Source of the DNA: an uncultured virus (IMG/VR IMGVR_UViG_3300042385_000739)
Lineage: Duplodnaviria; Heunggongvirae; Uroviricota; Caudoviricetes
Direction: 5' to 3' (one strand)
IMG/VR virus record: IMGVR_UViG_3300042385_000739
Span: 1 to 64,000 of that record
Length of the DNA: 64,000 bases
This document shows, piece by piece, positions 47,995 to 59,069 of this stretch (the stretch's first letter is position 1; each line of letters starts with the position of its first letter). The notes under the pieces were generated by a model, which had not been told where the DNA came from, did no database searches, and saw only the letters and a program-made list of their open reading frames with translations. The position numbers and the translations under genes were made by a program.

Positions 47995-48366
47995 TTAGCT
48001 TATATCCTCATAACTGCAAGTAACACATAATGTATTAGCTGTACCAGCTGTGGCTCCTAAACTACTGTTTTCTTCTAAGTAATATTGACTTGTTTTGTCA
48101 ATTACGTTTAATGTACTATTACCAGGAACATTTACATTACCAACTAATTGAAATAGTGTTCCACCAACGTTGGCAGCATTATAATAACCTATTGTTACGT
48201 TTGCGGTTGAGCTACCATAGTTTGCTACGTTTAATACATTTACTTTTAAGCATTTACCACTACCACTAGCATTGTTTAATACTGTGGTTGCACTCGTACT
48301 TGTTAGGTTTGCACCCGTTGTTTTACCATTGATTGTTGTTGCACTGATTATGTTTGGTGCTGCCAT
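47995..48366 (-). CDS. Small beta-rich virion protein, putative adaptor
   Basis: 123 aa, MAAPNI...YLEE...SYEDIS; directly after a fibre gene. Confidence 0.6.
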   Translation of the reverse strand: MAAPNIISATTINGKTTGANLTSTSATTVLNNASGSGKCLKVNVLNVANYGSSTANVTIGYYNAANVGGTLFQLVGNVNVPGNSTLNVIDKTSQYYLEENSSLGATAGTANTLCVTCSYEDIS

Positions 48367-48367
48367 G

Positions 48368-51300
48368 TTATCCTCCGAATATTAATGAATAGCCTACTGC
48401 GGCCGCTGCTGATGCTCCACCACCTCCACCTGCAGTTAGATTGATTGTTGTTACTTCTATATAACTACCATTTGCAGGAGCACTACTGAATGTTATATTA
48501 GCGTTAGCTAATGTGTAATCTGTTCGTAATACTGTTGCACCGTTATAGTTAACACTAGTTTGATTTATGCTTGTTGGTGTCGTACTTAAAGTAAATATTG
48601 TTTGTACACCATTACCAGTAAAGTTATCTACTGTTACGTTTGCTCCGGCCGGCGGTGCTGTCCAACTTAAGTTTCCTGAACCGTCAGTACTTAATACATA
48701 TGTGTTTGAGCCACCAGTAATCTTAACGTTACCTACTGCTCCTAAATTAGTTTGTCCAGTAACGTTTAATGTACCTGCTACATTTACTCCGGTACCGGTA
48801 ACAGTTACAATATTAGCATTACCTACAGCACTCATTGTAATGTTGCCATTAGCGGTTGCAATACTTATGTTGCTGTTGCCGTTACTTATACTATTTGACG
48901 AACCACCTGCTACATTAGACCAAGTTAATGTACCTGATCCATCTGTTTGTAGATATTGACCATTAGAACCACCTGTAATTTTTACATTGCTAACTGGGCC
49001 CAATGAAACATTGCTAGCACCTATTAAGTTAGCAGTACCTGTACTTGTTATACCAGTAAGTGTACCAACACTTGTAATGTTAGGTTGAGCCGCAGTATAA
49101 ACAGTACCTGACACTAGTGCATTAGCTACTTGACCCGAGACATTGCCGCCTGCTACACTGTTAGCAGTTGTAGCATATGTAGCTAAGTTGGCTGTTCCAT
49201 ATAAGTTACCAATAAAGAAATTAGCTGTTACTGCATTACCTAAGTTAGCATTACCTGCAGTGATAGTACCACTTGCAGTAAATGTATTAGCTGATATAAC
49301 ATTACCACCTGTAATATTACCACCTGTGCCTGCGCCAGCAGTGATATTACCCGCAGTTAGATTACCAGTAGTATTTAATGTACCTGCTACATTAACACCT
49401 GTTCCAGTAATGACCATTGTGGTATTACCAACCGCAGTAAAATTAATATTACCATTACTAGTTGGAATATTTACATTACTATTTCCATTACTAATACTAC
49501 TTCCACCACCACCTGACTGTGCTACCCAAGAGAGATTACCTGAACCGTCAGTACTTAATACATATGCATTACTACCGCCAGTGATACGTACATTACCTAC
49601 TGCACCAAGTGTTGTATTACTTGTATTAGCAAAGTTTACTATTCCATTACTTGTTAGTCCAGTTAATGTTCCAACTGATGTAATATTTGGTTGTGCCGCA
49701 GTTGTTACTGTGCCTGCAGTTGTAGCTGAATTAGCTGTACCATAGAAGTTACCAATGAAGTAATTAGCAGTTACACTATTGCCTAAATTTGCATTAGCGG
49801 CTGTTATGTTACCGGACGCAGTAAATGTATTAGCCGATATGACATTACCACCTGTAATATTTCCACCACTACCAGATCCAGCAATGATATTACCCGCAGT
49901 TAGATTACCGGTTACATTTGCAGTACCTGTAATGTTTGCACCAGTACCTGTGATTACTAATATATTTGCATTACCCGCTACACTAGTTATTACATTACCA
50001 TTTGCTAGTACTACTACATTGCTATTTCCACTTACAATTGTATTACCTGCGCTTACTGTAATACCAGTTAGTAAACTGCCGTTACCACTAAAGAAATTAG
50101 CTGTAACCAAATTACCTAAATTAGCATTACCGGATGTGATATTACCCGTAACAGCTAAACTTGTTAATGTACCAACTGACGTAATGTTTGGTTGAGCATT
50201 TGTATATACTGTGCCGGCTACTAATGCGTTAGCTACCTGTCCAGAAACATTACCACCTGCTACTGCATTTGCAGTTGTTGCATATGTAGCTAAGTTAGCT
50301 GTTCCGTAGAAATTACCAATGAAGTAGTTAGCGGTTACTGCATTGCCAAGATTAGCATTGCTAGCTGTAATATTACCACTAGCAATAAAAGTATTTGCCG
50401 AGATAACATTAGCATTACCAATATTACCACCTGAGCCAGTAGTATTAATATTGCCGGCTGTAATATTGCCACTAGCGATGAATGTGTTTGCGCTGATAAC
50501 ATTGACGTTACTGACGTTACCACCAGAACCAGCTGTAATTAAATTACCAACAGTTGCATTTCCGGTTACATTCAATGTACCGGCAACATTAACACCTGTA
50601 CCGGTAATTACCATATTTGTATTACCAACAGCAGTAAAATTGATATTGCCGTTTGCAGATGGTATATTTACATTACTATTTCCATTACTTATGTTACTTG
50701 CGGCACCTGAACTAACAGTAGACCAAGTTAATGTACCAGAGCCATCTGTTTGTAGATATTGACCATTAGAACCACCTGTGATTTTTACATTACCAACCGG
50801 GCCCAAAGATACATTACTGGCACCTATTAAGTTAGCAGTACCTGTACTTGTTATACCTGTTAGTGTACCAACACTTGTTATATTTGGTTGAGCCGCAGTA
50901 TAAACTGTACCTGACACTAATGCGTTAGCTACTTGACCAGAAACGTTGCCAGCTGGTAAACTTGTTAAGTTAGCTCCACTACCTATAAAAAAGTTAGCAG
51001 TAACACTGTTGCCTAAGTTAGCGTTACCGGCAGTAATATTACCACTAGCAATAAATGTGTTTGCACTAATAACATTAGCATTACCAATGTTACCACCACT
51101 ACCAGTAGTATTAATATTACCGGCGGTGATATTGCCACTAGCAATAAAGGTATTGGCTGAAATGACATTAACATTGCTGACATTACCACCTGATCCAGAT
51201 GTAACAATATTACCAACTGTAGCATTTCCAGTGACATTTAATGTACCAGATATGTTAGCTCCGGTTCCAGTAACTACTAGAATATTAGCATTGCCTACAG

Positions 51301-54163
51301 CACTGATATTAATATTGCCGTTTGCAGATGGTATATTTACATTACTATTTCCGTTACTGATGTTACTTGACGATCCACTTGCTACATTTGCCCAACTTAA
51401 TACACCTGAGCCATTTGTTTGTAGATATTGACCATTTGTTCCACCAGTAATTGTTACATTACCTACAGGACCTAAGTTAGATGTACCAGATACAGTTACA
51501 CTAGTTAATGTACCGACTGATGTAATATTAGGTTGCGCTGCCGTATAGACAGTACCTGCTACTAATGCATTGGCTACTTGACCAGATACATTAGCACCTG
51601 CTACCGCATTAGCTGTTGTAGCATATGTAGCTAAGTTAGCTGTTCCATAGAGATTACCAATGAAGTAATTAGCAGTTACCGCATTACCCAAATTAGCGTT
51701 ACCCGCAGTGATATTACCACTAGCAATAAATGTATTAGCTGAGATAACATTAGCATTGCCAATATTACCACCTGAGCCAGTAGTATTAATATTGCCGGCG
51801 GTGATATTACCACTAGCAATGAATGTGTTTGCACTAATAACATTGACGTTAGATATATTACCACCGCTACCAGATGTAACGATATTACCAACAGTAGCAT
51901 TTCCTGTAACGTTTAATGTGCCTGCGACATTAACACCTGTACCAGTTACAATCACAATGTTTGCATTACCGGCTACACTAGTTGTTACATTACCGTTTGC
52001 GGCTACTAATACATTACTATTTCCGTTTGTAATTGTATTACCTGCGCTTACTGTAATACCAGTTAATAGACTACCATTACCAGTAAAGAAATTAGCTGTA
52101 ACTAAGTTTCCTAAGTTAGCATTACCTGAACTTATATTACCAGTAACTGCTAAACTAGTTAGTGTTCCAACACTTGTTATATTGGGTTGTGCCGCCGTAT
52201 ATACTGTACCTGAGATTAATGCATTGCCCACTTGTCCTGTAACATTAGCACCTGCAATTGAACTTAATCCAGATCCGTTACCCGTGAATACCCCTGTATT
52301 AGCAGTTATATTGGCAGCTGTTATGTCTCCATTCACCGCTAAACCAGTTAATGTACCAACACTTGTAACTTGTGTTTGACTTGCGTTAACGCTAAAAGTA
52401 CTACCAGTTAATGTTAATCCTGTACCTGCTTGGTATGTACCAGCTCCACTAAATTGAGTGAACTCAATGTTATTACCAGGAGTACCAATGGCAGTTACTG
52501 TACTTGTTTGTACCCATCCGGTGTTGTCATACAATGTACCACTGGTTACGAATATAAAATCACCTGCTTCTACTTCTGGTACACTGTTATAGTCTGTTGC
52601 ACGTGTAATAACAGTAGCGTTACTCCAAGTATAGATACCATTTAATACTGCATTTGCTTCATTTTTAACTAAGATGCGAGTACCTGATGTTTGTACATTT
52701 ACACCATCAATTAAGTTGAATGTCCCAGTAGTAGTTAGATTTGCACCTACCCCACTAGAGCCGTTATTGTATGTTATTGTACCAGTAGTAACGTTAGCTA
52801 ATGTATCTGGTGTTGCGGCGGCGGCTGCATCGTGTACGTTTAGTCCTTGAGCAACATCATCAACATATTGTTTTGTTGCGGCATCTGTGCTTGCAACAGG
52901 TGTTGCTAAATTTGTAATATTAAAGCTGTTTAAATTAACATTAGCACCAAATGAACCTGATCCTGATACTGTTATACCTGTTAGTGTACCAACACTAGTT
53001 ATATTTGGTTGTGCCGCAGTTGTTAACGAACCCGTTACCGCAGTAAATACTCCAGTAGTTGCACCAATGTTACCTGCATTAGCGTTACCGGTAACATTTA
53101 GTGTACCGGCGGTTATATTACCGCTAGCAGTAAATGTATTAGCTGAAACAACATTTACATTGCTGATGTTACCACCACTACCCGTAGTTGATAAATTAGC
53201 TACCGTAGTGTTACCAATTACATTTAATGTACCGGCTACGTTAACCCCTGTACCAGTTACAACTAAAATATTTGCATTACCTGCAACACTAGTAGTTACA
53301 TTTCCGTTAGCAGATACAAGTACGTTGCTATTTCCATTTACAATTGAATTACCAGCACTTACTGTAATACCTGTTAATAAACTACCATTACCACTAAAGA
53401 AATTTGCAGTAACTAAATTGCCTAGATTAGCATTACCTGCATTTACGTTACCGGAAATATTAGCTGTTGTTGCAAAAACTGTGCTATTTGCAATGACGTT
53501 ACTAGCAACGATGTTACCAGTATCACTGATAGAGGCTTTGTCACCACCAGTAGTGAAGAAATTAATGTATCCTGCAGGACCAGCAGACATATAGACGCCT
53601 GTGCCACCGTTTACAATAATAGGTGCGTTAACGTTCCCACTAGTTGTTAAGTTACCCCCAGTAACGTTACCAGTTACTGTCAATGAAGTTAATGTACCAA
53701 CACTAGTAATATTTGGCTGTGCGTTAGTTGTTAGTGTACCTGTAAAGTAATTAGCAGTAACTAGATTACCTAGATTAGCATTACCTGCAGTTAAGTTACC
53801 GGATATGTTTGCTGTACCGGATATATTTGCACCGGTACCTGTAATCACCATTATAGTGTTACCTGTAGCAGTAAGATTAATATTACCATTACTACTTGGA
53901 ATGTTTACATTGCTGTTGCCGTTGCTAATACTACTAGTAGAACCGGTAGTTACAGTAGACCAAGTTAATACACCGGATCCATCTGTTTGCAGATATTGAC
54001 CATTAGCACCGCCACCAATATAGATATTACCAACAGCACCTAAATTACTTGAAGTTGTTATAGTAAGGTTGGCAACAGACAGATTGGCAGAAACGTTCAT
54101 ACCGTTAACTGTGTAGTTACCAGATGTATCTATTCCTGATGGTTTAATTACTGTCAATGCCAT
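48368..54163 (-). CDS. Long fibre-like structural protein, 1931 aa
   Basis: Same repeat vocabulary, DAATKQYVD domain and DNFTGNGVQT domain as 41536-45741. Confidence 0.78.
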   Translation of the reverse strand: MALTVIKPSGIDTSGNYTVNGMNVSANLSVANLTITTSSNLGAVGNIYIGGGANGQYLQTDGSGVLTWSTVTTGSTSSISNGNSNVNIPSSNGNINLTATGNTIMVITGTGANISGTANISGNLTAGNANLGNLVTANYFTGTLTTNAQPNITSVGTLTSLTVTGNVTGGNLTTSGNVNAPIIVNGGTGVYMSAGPAGYINFFTTGGDKASISDTGNIVASNVIANSTVFATTANISGNVNAGNANLGNLVTANFFSGNGSLLTGITVSAGNSIVNGNSNVLVSANGNVTTSVAGNANILVVTGTGVNVAGTLNVIGNTTVANLSTTGSGGNISNVNVVSANTFTASGNITAGTLNVTGNANAGNIGATTGVFTAVTGSLTTAAQPNITSVGTLTGITVSGSGSFGANVNLNSFNITNLATPVASTDAATKQYVDDVAQGLNVHDAAAAATPDTLANVTTGTITYNNGSSGVGANLTTTGTFNLIDGVNVQTSGTRILVKNEANAVLNGIYTWSNATVITRATDYNSVPEVEAGDFIFVTSGTLYDNTGWVQTSTVTAIGTPGNNIEFTQFSGAGTYQAGTGLTLTGSTFSVNASQTQVTSVGTLTGLAVNGDITAANITANTGVFTGNGSGLSSIAGANVTGQVGNALISGTVYTAAQPNITSVGTLTSLAVTGNISSGNANLGNLVTANFFTGNGSLLTGITVSAGNTITNGNSNVLVAANGNVTTSVAGNANIVIVTGTGVNVAGTLNVTGNATVGNIVTSGSGGNISNVNVISANTFIASGNITAGNINTTGSGGNIGNANVISANTFIASGNITAGNANLGNAVTANYFIGNLYGTANLATYATTANAVAGANVSGQVANALVAGTVYTAAQPNITSVGTLTSVTVSGTSNLGPVGNVTITGGTNGQYLQTNGSGVLSWANVASGSSSNISNGNSNVNIPSANGNINISAVGNANILVVTGTGANISGTLNVTGNATVGNIVTSGSGGNVSNVNVISANTFIASGNITAGNINTTGSGGNIGNANVISANTFIASGNITAGNANLGNSVTANFFIGSGANLTSLPAGNVSGQVANALVSGTVYTAAQPNITSVGTLTGITSTGTANLIGASNVSLGPVGNVKITGGSNGQYLQTDGSGTLTWSTVSSGAASNISNGNSNVNIPSANGNINFTAVGNTNMVITGTGVNVAGTLNVTGNATVGNLITAGSGGNVSNVNVISANTFIASGNITAGNINTTGSGGNIGNANVISANTFIASGNITASNANLGNAVTANYFIGNFYGTANLATYATTANAVAGGNVSGQVANALVAGTVYTNAQPNITSVGTLTSLAVTGNITSGNANLGNLVTANFFSGNGSLLTGITVSAGNTIVSGNSNVVVLANGNVITSVAGNANILVITGTGANITGTANVTGNLTAGNIIAGSGSGGNITGGNVISANTFTASGNITAANANLGNSVTANYFIGNFYGTANSATTAGTVTTAAQPNITSVGTLTGLTSNGIVNFANTSNTTLGAVGNVRITGGSNAYVLSTDGSGNLSWVAQSGGGGSSISNGNSNVNIPTSNGNINFTAVGNTTMVITGTGVNVAGTLNTTGNLTAGNITAGAGTGGNITGGNVISANTFTASGTITAGNANLGNAVTANFFIGNLYGTANLATYATTANSVAGGNVSGQVANALVSGTVYTAAQPNITSVGTLTGITSTGTANLIGASNVSLGPVSNVKITGGSNGQYLQTDGSGTLTWSNVAGGSSNSISNGNSNISIATANGNITMSAVGNANIVTVTGTGVNVAGTLNVTGQTNLGAVGNVKITGGSNTYVLSTDGSGNLSWTAPPAGANVTVDNFTGNGVQTIFTLSTTPTSINQTSVNYNGATVLRTDYTLANANITFSSAPANGSYIEVTTINLTAGGGGGASAAAAVGYSLIFGG

Positions 54164-54183
54164 TATATCTTATCCTTATTATG

Positions 54184-54191
54184 TATTTAGT
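54184..54191 (-). promoter_or_regulatory. T4-like late promoter (ACTAAATA)
   Basis: Intergenic, followed by an AAGGA RBS and ATG 54163. Confidence 0.55.
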
Positions 54192-54196
54192 TGTTA

Positions 54197-57100
54197 TTAA
54201 TAGATCGGGAATGCAGTTGTTGGTGGGGTAAAGTTTGCAGTATATCGTGCATAACCTTTTGTTATTCTGAAATCATCCATATAACCATAGAAAGGTCCCC
54301 AAGAGCCTCCCGTAAAAGCATATCCAATATCAAGTTTTGAAGCTGTCAAATTAGTTGAATCCGTGCCTGAAGATTTTGAAATCCCGTCATAATAAAAGTT
54401 TACTGCAGTTCCATTGCGTACTATTGCAATGTGATGCCATCCGTTTATTTCTACTGCTTGTCCTGCATTGGCACCGCCGGCCGAACCGCAAGTAAATGCA
54501 TAATTACCATTATATTGAATCAATGATACCCCATCAGCCGGTGACCAGCCCTCACCAAAAGAAAATATATACCTACTAGCAGTATCTAACGGGTATATCC
54601 AAAATTCAATAGTAAGATTCCCGGTACCAAATGGCTGTATAATAGGTGTCTGAATCTGGTCATTAGTGCCATCAAAACTCATACTACTTCCGCCAAATTT
54701 ACTTACTGCGGTACTTAATTTTGCACCATCTATGGTTTCCATTGTAGTCATCATTGCGGCATCGTAGACACCAGCACTTGTTCCATTAATTAACCAACTT
54801 GTATTTTGTATTGCTGTTAATGGTTGTGATGGTGGTACAAAGTTGCTTGTATATAAGGCAGTACCAGCAATCATACGAGTATCAGTTATGTATCCATTTA
54901 CACCATCTGAACGAGCACCTCCCCCACCAAACAATATTCCCTGTGTAAATGGTTTTAATCCAGATTGAATTGCAGAACCATATGTAGTTGAACCAATTTG
55001 AACACCATTAATGAAAAGCCTAATAGTATTTCCACTACGTGTTGCGGCAAAATGATACCATTGACTCGCAGTAAAAGTGTATGCTGTTTCAATTGCCCAT
55101 ATTGTAGTTACAGTAGATGATTCGGCGAATCGCACAGTGGTGTTACTCGAAACTCGCAATTCAACATAGGGCGTGTTACCACCTGTGTTATTACCTAATC
55201 CAAAAATCCAGTTACTAGAACCAAAAGAATTAAAGTATACCCAAGCTTCCATTGTCCAATTGGTTGTTGTTCCAGCTATAGGTGATGCTATGTTACTATA
55301 AATTATGCCAGTATTATCTGAATTAGTAGAACCACCAATTGTACTTACTGTATAACCCTGTGTAGTTGCACTAGTAAAACCGAATGGGTTTTGTATTGTT
55401 GGCTGACTATTACCAGCTGTAGTAATAGGGAAATTATTTGTACTGTTATCTATAAATGTTGGTGATTGACATGTCAATAAACTTGTACCAGATATTGCCG
55501 TCAATGGACTTGTGGGGGGTGTAAAGATAGTTGTACCTGTTGTAGTACTAGCAGTAACATAACCTGCAACTACAGATCCTCTAACAACACGCATATTAGA
55601 CAGATAACCTATAGGGCCGCCGCCTTCACTAAATACACGCCAGGCTGTACTTGATGCAAAATTTGTACCACCTAAAGCAGAATATGCTCGAAGTACACCA
55701 TTAACAAACAATCTCATTGCAGATCCACTACGAGTAACACACAAGTGTAACCATTGATTTGTTAAAGCTGATATATTATATGATACGATTATTGCTCCGC
55801 CGTTACTAGCAACACCAAAAGTACCACTGTCTGAATAAATTTGAAAGCCACTTGCCGTATTAGCTTCAAATATTCTAGGATATTGACCTCCTAAATTAGT
55901 AAAATACCACCAACTTTCCCAAGTAAAATCTTGTGTACCTTCTGGTCCAGCCGCACCTGTAATATTTAACACATCTCCCGTACCATCAAAATAACCACTA
56001 TAACTTGTTGGGGTCAATGATGATGGATTGAATGGACTAAATCGTTGTACACTTGTATCACCAACTTTTGTAATAGTGTAGTTGTTTATACTGTCATCAA
56101 TAAAACGACTGTCAGCACAGGTTAATAAACTGGTGTTTGTTATCGGTGTTAGTGGAGTTGTAGATGGAGTGAACGCTGAGGTATATACTGCGGTACCCTT
56201 AACAATCCTAGCATTGCTAATGTACCCTGTCCAATCTTGAATAACAGATCCGTTGTATGTTAGTGAACCAATTTGTACTTTTGCAAAAGTTTGTATGGTT
56301 CCACTATATGCAACTGAGCCCTGTAACACCCCATCTAAGTACAAATAAATGTTATTACCATTTCTAACTGTAGCAATATGATGCCACACGTTTGATGTTA
56401 GTAATGTTGTTCCTGCAACAGACCACGGCACTGACGATTGTGTCCCTTCTTCTGCAAACACATATCCTGTACCAGTTTTTGTTCCGAATTGAAGATATGG
56501 GTAACCGGAGTTATTACAGAAAGTTAAAAAGTTTCTATACCCACTTGTTAGACTAGAGCCGGTATACATTACCCATGCTTCTACAGTCCAACTTCCACTA
56601 CCCAAATCTAGTGGGCCACTGGCTGTAATTGGAGTAGTCAAGTAATCACCGGTACCATCAAAGTAGTTACTCCAGTTACCACCGTATGGTGAGAATGTAC
56701 CTTGAGTAGCTTTACCGACATAAGTGACAGGAAAATTGTTTGTACTATTATCTAAGAATACATTATTGTTTACTGATTGATTGTTTTGTAATGTTAATAA
56801 ACTTGTACCACTAATCGCTGTTAATGGTGCTGTGGGCGGGGTGAAGTTAGCTGTATAAACTGCGGTACCTACTACTAATCTAGCATCAGAGATGTATCCA
56901 TTAGCGTAAAAACCATTATAATCAGTATAATATCTACCCATAACTGCTACAGTATTAACTGCGGTGTTATTAACTGATCCTATAGATCCTACACTAACAC
57001 CATTCTTATATAAAGTAAGAGTGTTACCACTTCGTACACCCGCCACATGAATCCAAACATTGGTTGTCAATGCGACACTATCATATATGTCAAAGGCTGC

Positions 57101-59059
57101 GCCATCAGTTCCTAATCTAAATTGCAATGTTCCCTGAAATGTTCCTATAAACATTCCAGAAGTAGAAGAGCCTTGTGTACTAACAAAACCTGCTGATAAA
57201 CTACTTGCGGTAACATAAACCCATGCTTCTATTGTAAAATTTCCACTAGCAGTTAACGCGGCACTACTAGGAGTATTCAAATAATCCCCAGTACCATCAA
57301 AGTATCCACTACCATATGTACTATAACTACTATTTGGTACAAAGGGGTCAAAAGAACTAATTGATGTATTACCCGCAACTGCCAATGTAAGGTTGTTTGT
57401 GCTGTTGTCAATAAACCTATTAGATTGGCAAGTAAGAAGTGATGTTCCAGATACTGCTGTCAATGGCGTGGTGCTTGGAGTAAAACTAGATGTGTAAAGA
57501 GCCGTACCTTTTACCAATCGCAAATTGCTGATGTTTCCATTAAAGTAAAAAGTGTCTGTGCGATTTGCACCAACAGCAACTGGATAACTTGTGCTTGTTG
57601 CACCCCATGAAGTTGAGTAAGAAGCTGTAGCGACCTGAGCTCCATTGACGAACATATATAGAGTGTCATTGTCTCTAACACACGCAATGTGATACCAAGC
57701 TCCAATAGCCCAAGTTTGTGATGTACTAAGAATTGTAGTACCAGATCCAGTTGCTTGCCATAATAAAGTAGAGCTAGTAACAATAAATCTGAAAGGCTGA
57801 CACTCATTGATGCTTAATAAAGTATGGTTTCCAGAAAGAGTACTTGCAGAAAACCAACATTCAAAAGTTAATGTTTTTGTTGATGAGAAATCAAATGCTG
57901 ATGCGCCGGCCGATGTAGAAAGATAATCCCCGCTGCCATCAAAGTAATTACTATAATATCCAGGCGTATACGGATTAAAATTATTTGGCTTTGTATCACC
58001 ATTAATTGTTACCGCAAAATTATTTGTACTAGCATCATCTACAAATGTTGTACTTGCTCCCGGTATCAATAATGTATTGTACTCAAAGAATATATCATTC
58101 GATACACCTATAACCCAATTGATAGTTATAGATGATAACTCACTTGTTGTATTAGCAGTAGCTGTTAATAACGAACTACTATTTGCTTCTACCGTTGGTG
58201 TTCCTGATATGTTTGCACCAGTTAAACTCAATCCAGTTGGTAACGCATTAGCAGTATATGTAATCCCTGAGCCAACAGCACTAGTTGCGCTTAGTGTTAC
58301 ATTGGATATAGCACTATTAGTTGTACTAGTATAAGTTGTTCCATTGGCTGGACTAGCCCATGTTACTACATCAGGATTAATAGTTAAACTAAAACTACGA
58401 TTTGTATCTTGTAATTCAGCATCTGTTGCTCTAACAGTAAATGTATATGTAGTTGGGCTAGATAATAATTGACTTGTACCAGTAATTGTTCCATTACTGT
58501 TAAAAGTTGCTCCAGGTGGTATTGAACCACTAAACAAACTATATGTTATTGGAACGTCACCGGTAGCAGTAACTGATTGATTAAAACTTGCTGTTTCGTA
58601 TACATTTCCTAAACTACCGGCAGCAGTTGTCCAATTTGGTGTACCACTATATTGTATACCCGGGATAGCAATTGCTGTTCCACCATCAGTGTTTATCACA
58701 TACAATACATAACTACCTGTAGCATTAGCAGGACTTGTAAATGTAATAGTTGTAGAACTTACAACTGATACTACACCCACTGCACTGCCGTTAATCAATA
58801 CACTTGCACCGGCAAGAAATCCACTGCCTGTTAGTGTAATAGTTTGTCCACCTGCAGGATCGGCTGCGGTGTCATCACCTGGATAAGTAATAGTAGATAC
58901 TTTTGGAGTGACAATTGTTGCTCCGGTAACTGTAGTATTACCTAAGACTAAATCATTTTGTATGTATACATCATCAAACTGATTAGTTGCATTACCTAAA
59001 CTTGTGTTTGCCGGGGGGTTAAAGATATTTTGATTTTTTACCTGATAATAATCTGCCAT
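54197..59059 (-). CDS. IPT/Ig-like plus six LamG/ConA-like domain protein, paralogue of 36554-41200
   Basis: Same domain order, shared linkers, same AFPIY C-terminus. Confidence 0.85.
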   Translation of the reverse strand: MADYYQVKNQNIFNPPANTSLGNATNQFDDVYIQNDLVLGNTTVTGATIVTPKVSTITYPGDDTAADPAGGQTITLTGSGFLAGASVLINGSAVGVVSVVSSTTITFTSPANATGSYVLYVINTDGGTAIAIPGIQYSGTPNWTTAAGSLGNVYETASFNQSVTATGDVPITYSLFSGSIPPGATFNSNGTITGTSQLLSSPTTYTFTVRATDAELQDTNRSFSLTINPDVVTWASPANGTTYTSTTNSAISNVTLSATSAVGSGITYTANALPTGLSLTGANISGTPTVEANSSSLLTATANTTSELSSITINWVIGVSNDIFFEYNTLLIPGASTTFVDDASTNNFAVTINGDTKPNNFNPYTPGYYSNYFDGSGDYLSTSAGASAFDFSSTKTLTFECWFSASTLSGNHTLLSINECQPFRFIVTSSTLLWQATGSGTTILSTSQTWAIGAWYHIACVRDNDTLYMFVNGAQVATASYSTSWGATSTSYPVAVGANRTDTFYFNGNISNLRLVKGTALYTSSFTPSTTPLTAVSGTSLLTCQSNRFIDNSTNNLTLAVAGNTSISSFDPFVPNSSYSTYGSGYFDGTGDYLNTPSSAALTASGNFTIEAWVYVTASSLSAGFVSTQGSSTSGMFIGTFQGTLQFRLGTDGAAFDIYDSVALTTNVWIHVAGVRSGNTLTLYKNGVSVGSIGSVNNTAVNTVAVMGRYYTDYNGFYANGYISDARLVVGTAVYTANFTPPTAPLTAISGTSLLTLQNNQSVNNNVFLDNSTNNFPVTYVGKATQGTFSPYGGNWSNYFDGTGDYLTTPITASGPLDLGSGSWTVEAWVMYTGSSLTSGYRNFLTFCNNSGYPYLQFGTKTGTGYVFAEEGTQSSVPWSVAGTTLLTSNVWHHIATVRNGNNIYLYLDGVLQGSVAYSGTIQTFAKVQIGSLTYNGSVIQDWTGYISNARIVKGTAVYTSAFTPSTTPLTPITNTSLLTCADSRFIDDSINNYTITKVGDTSVQRFSPFNPSSLTPTSYSGYFDGTGDVLNITGAAGPEGTQDFTWESWWYFTNLGGQYPRIFEANTASGFQIYSDSGTFGVASNGGAIIVSYNISALTNQWLHLCVTRSGSAMRLFVNGVLRAYSALGGTNFASSTAWRVFSEGGGPIGYLSNMRVVRGSVVAGYVTASTTTGTTIFTPPTSPLTAISGTSLLTCQSPTFIDNSTNNFPITTAGNSQPTIQNPFGFTSATTQGYTVSTIGGSTNSDNTGIIYSNIASPIAGTTTNWTMEAWVYFNSFGSSNWIFGLGNNTGGNTPYVELRVSSNTTVRFAESSTVTTIWAIETAYTFTASQWYHFAATRSGNTIRLFINGVQIGSTTYGSAIQSGLKPFTQGILFGGGGARSDGVNGYITDTRMIAGTALYTSNFVPPSQPLTAIQNTSWLINGTSAGVYDAAMMTTMETIDGAKLSTAVSKFGGSSMSFDGTNDQIQTPIIQPFGTGNLTIEFWIYPLDTASRYIFSFGEGWSPADGVSLIQYNGNYAFTCGSAGGANAGQAVEINGWHHIAIVRNGTAVNFYYDGISKSSGTDSTNLTASKLDIGYAFTGGSWGPFYGYMDDFRITKGYARYTANFTPPTTAFPIY

Positions 59060-59069
59060 TTTCTATACC

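Noticed and set aside
36554..59059. Diversity-generating retroelement acting on the LamG or Gly-rich paralogues
   Set aside because: No reverse transcriptase in the window, no non-coding template repeat, and the differences are not adenine-specific.
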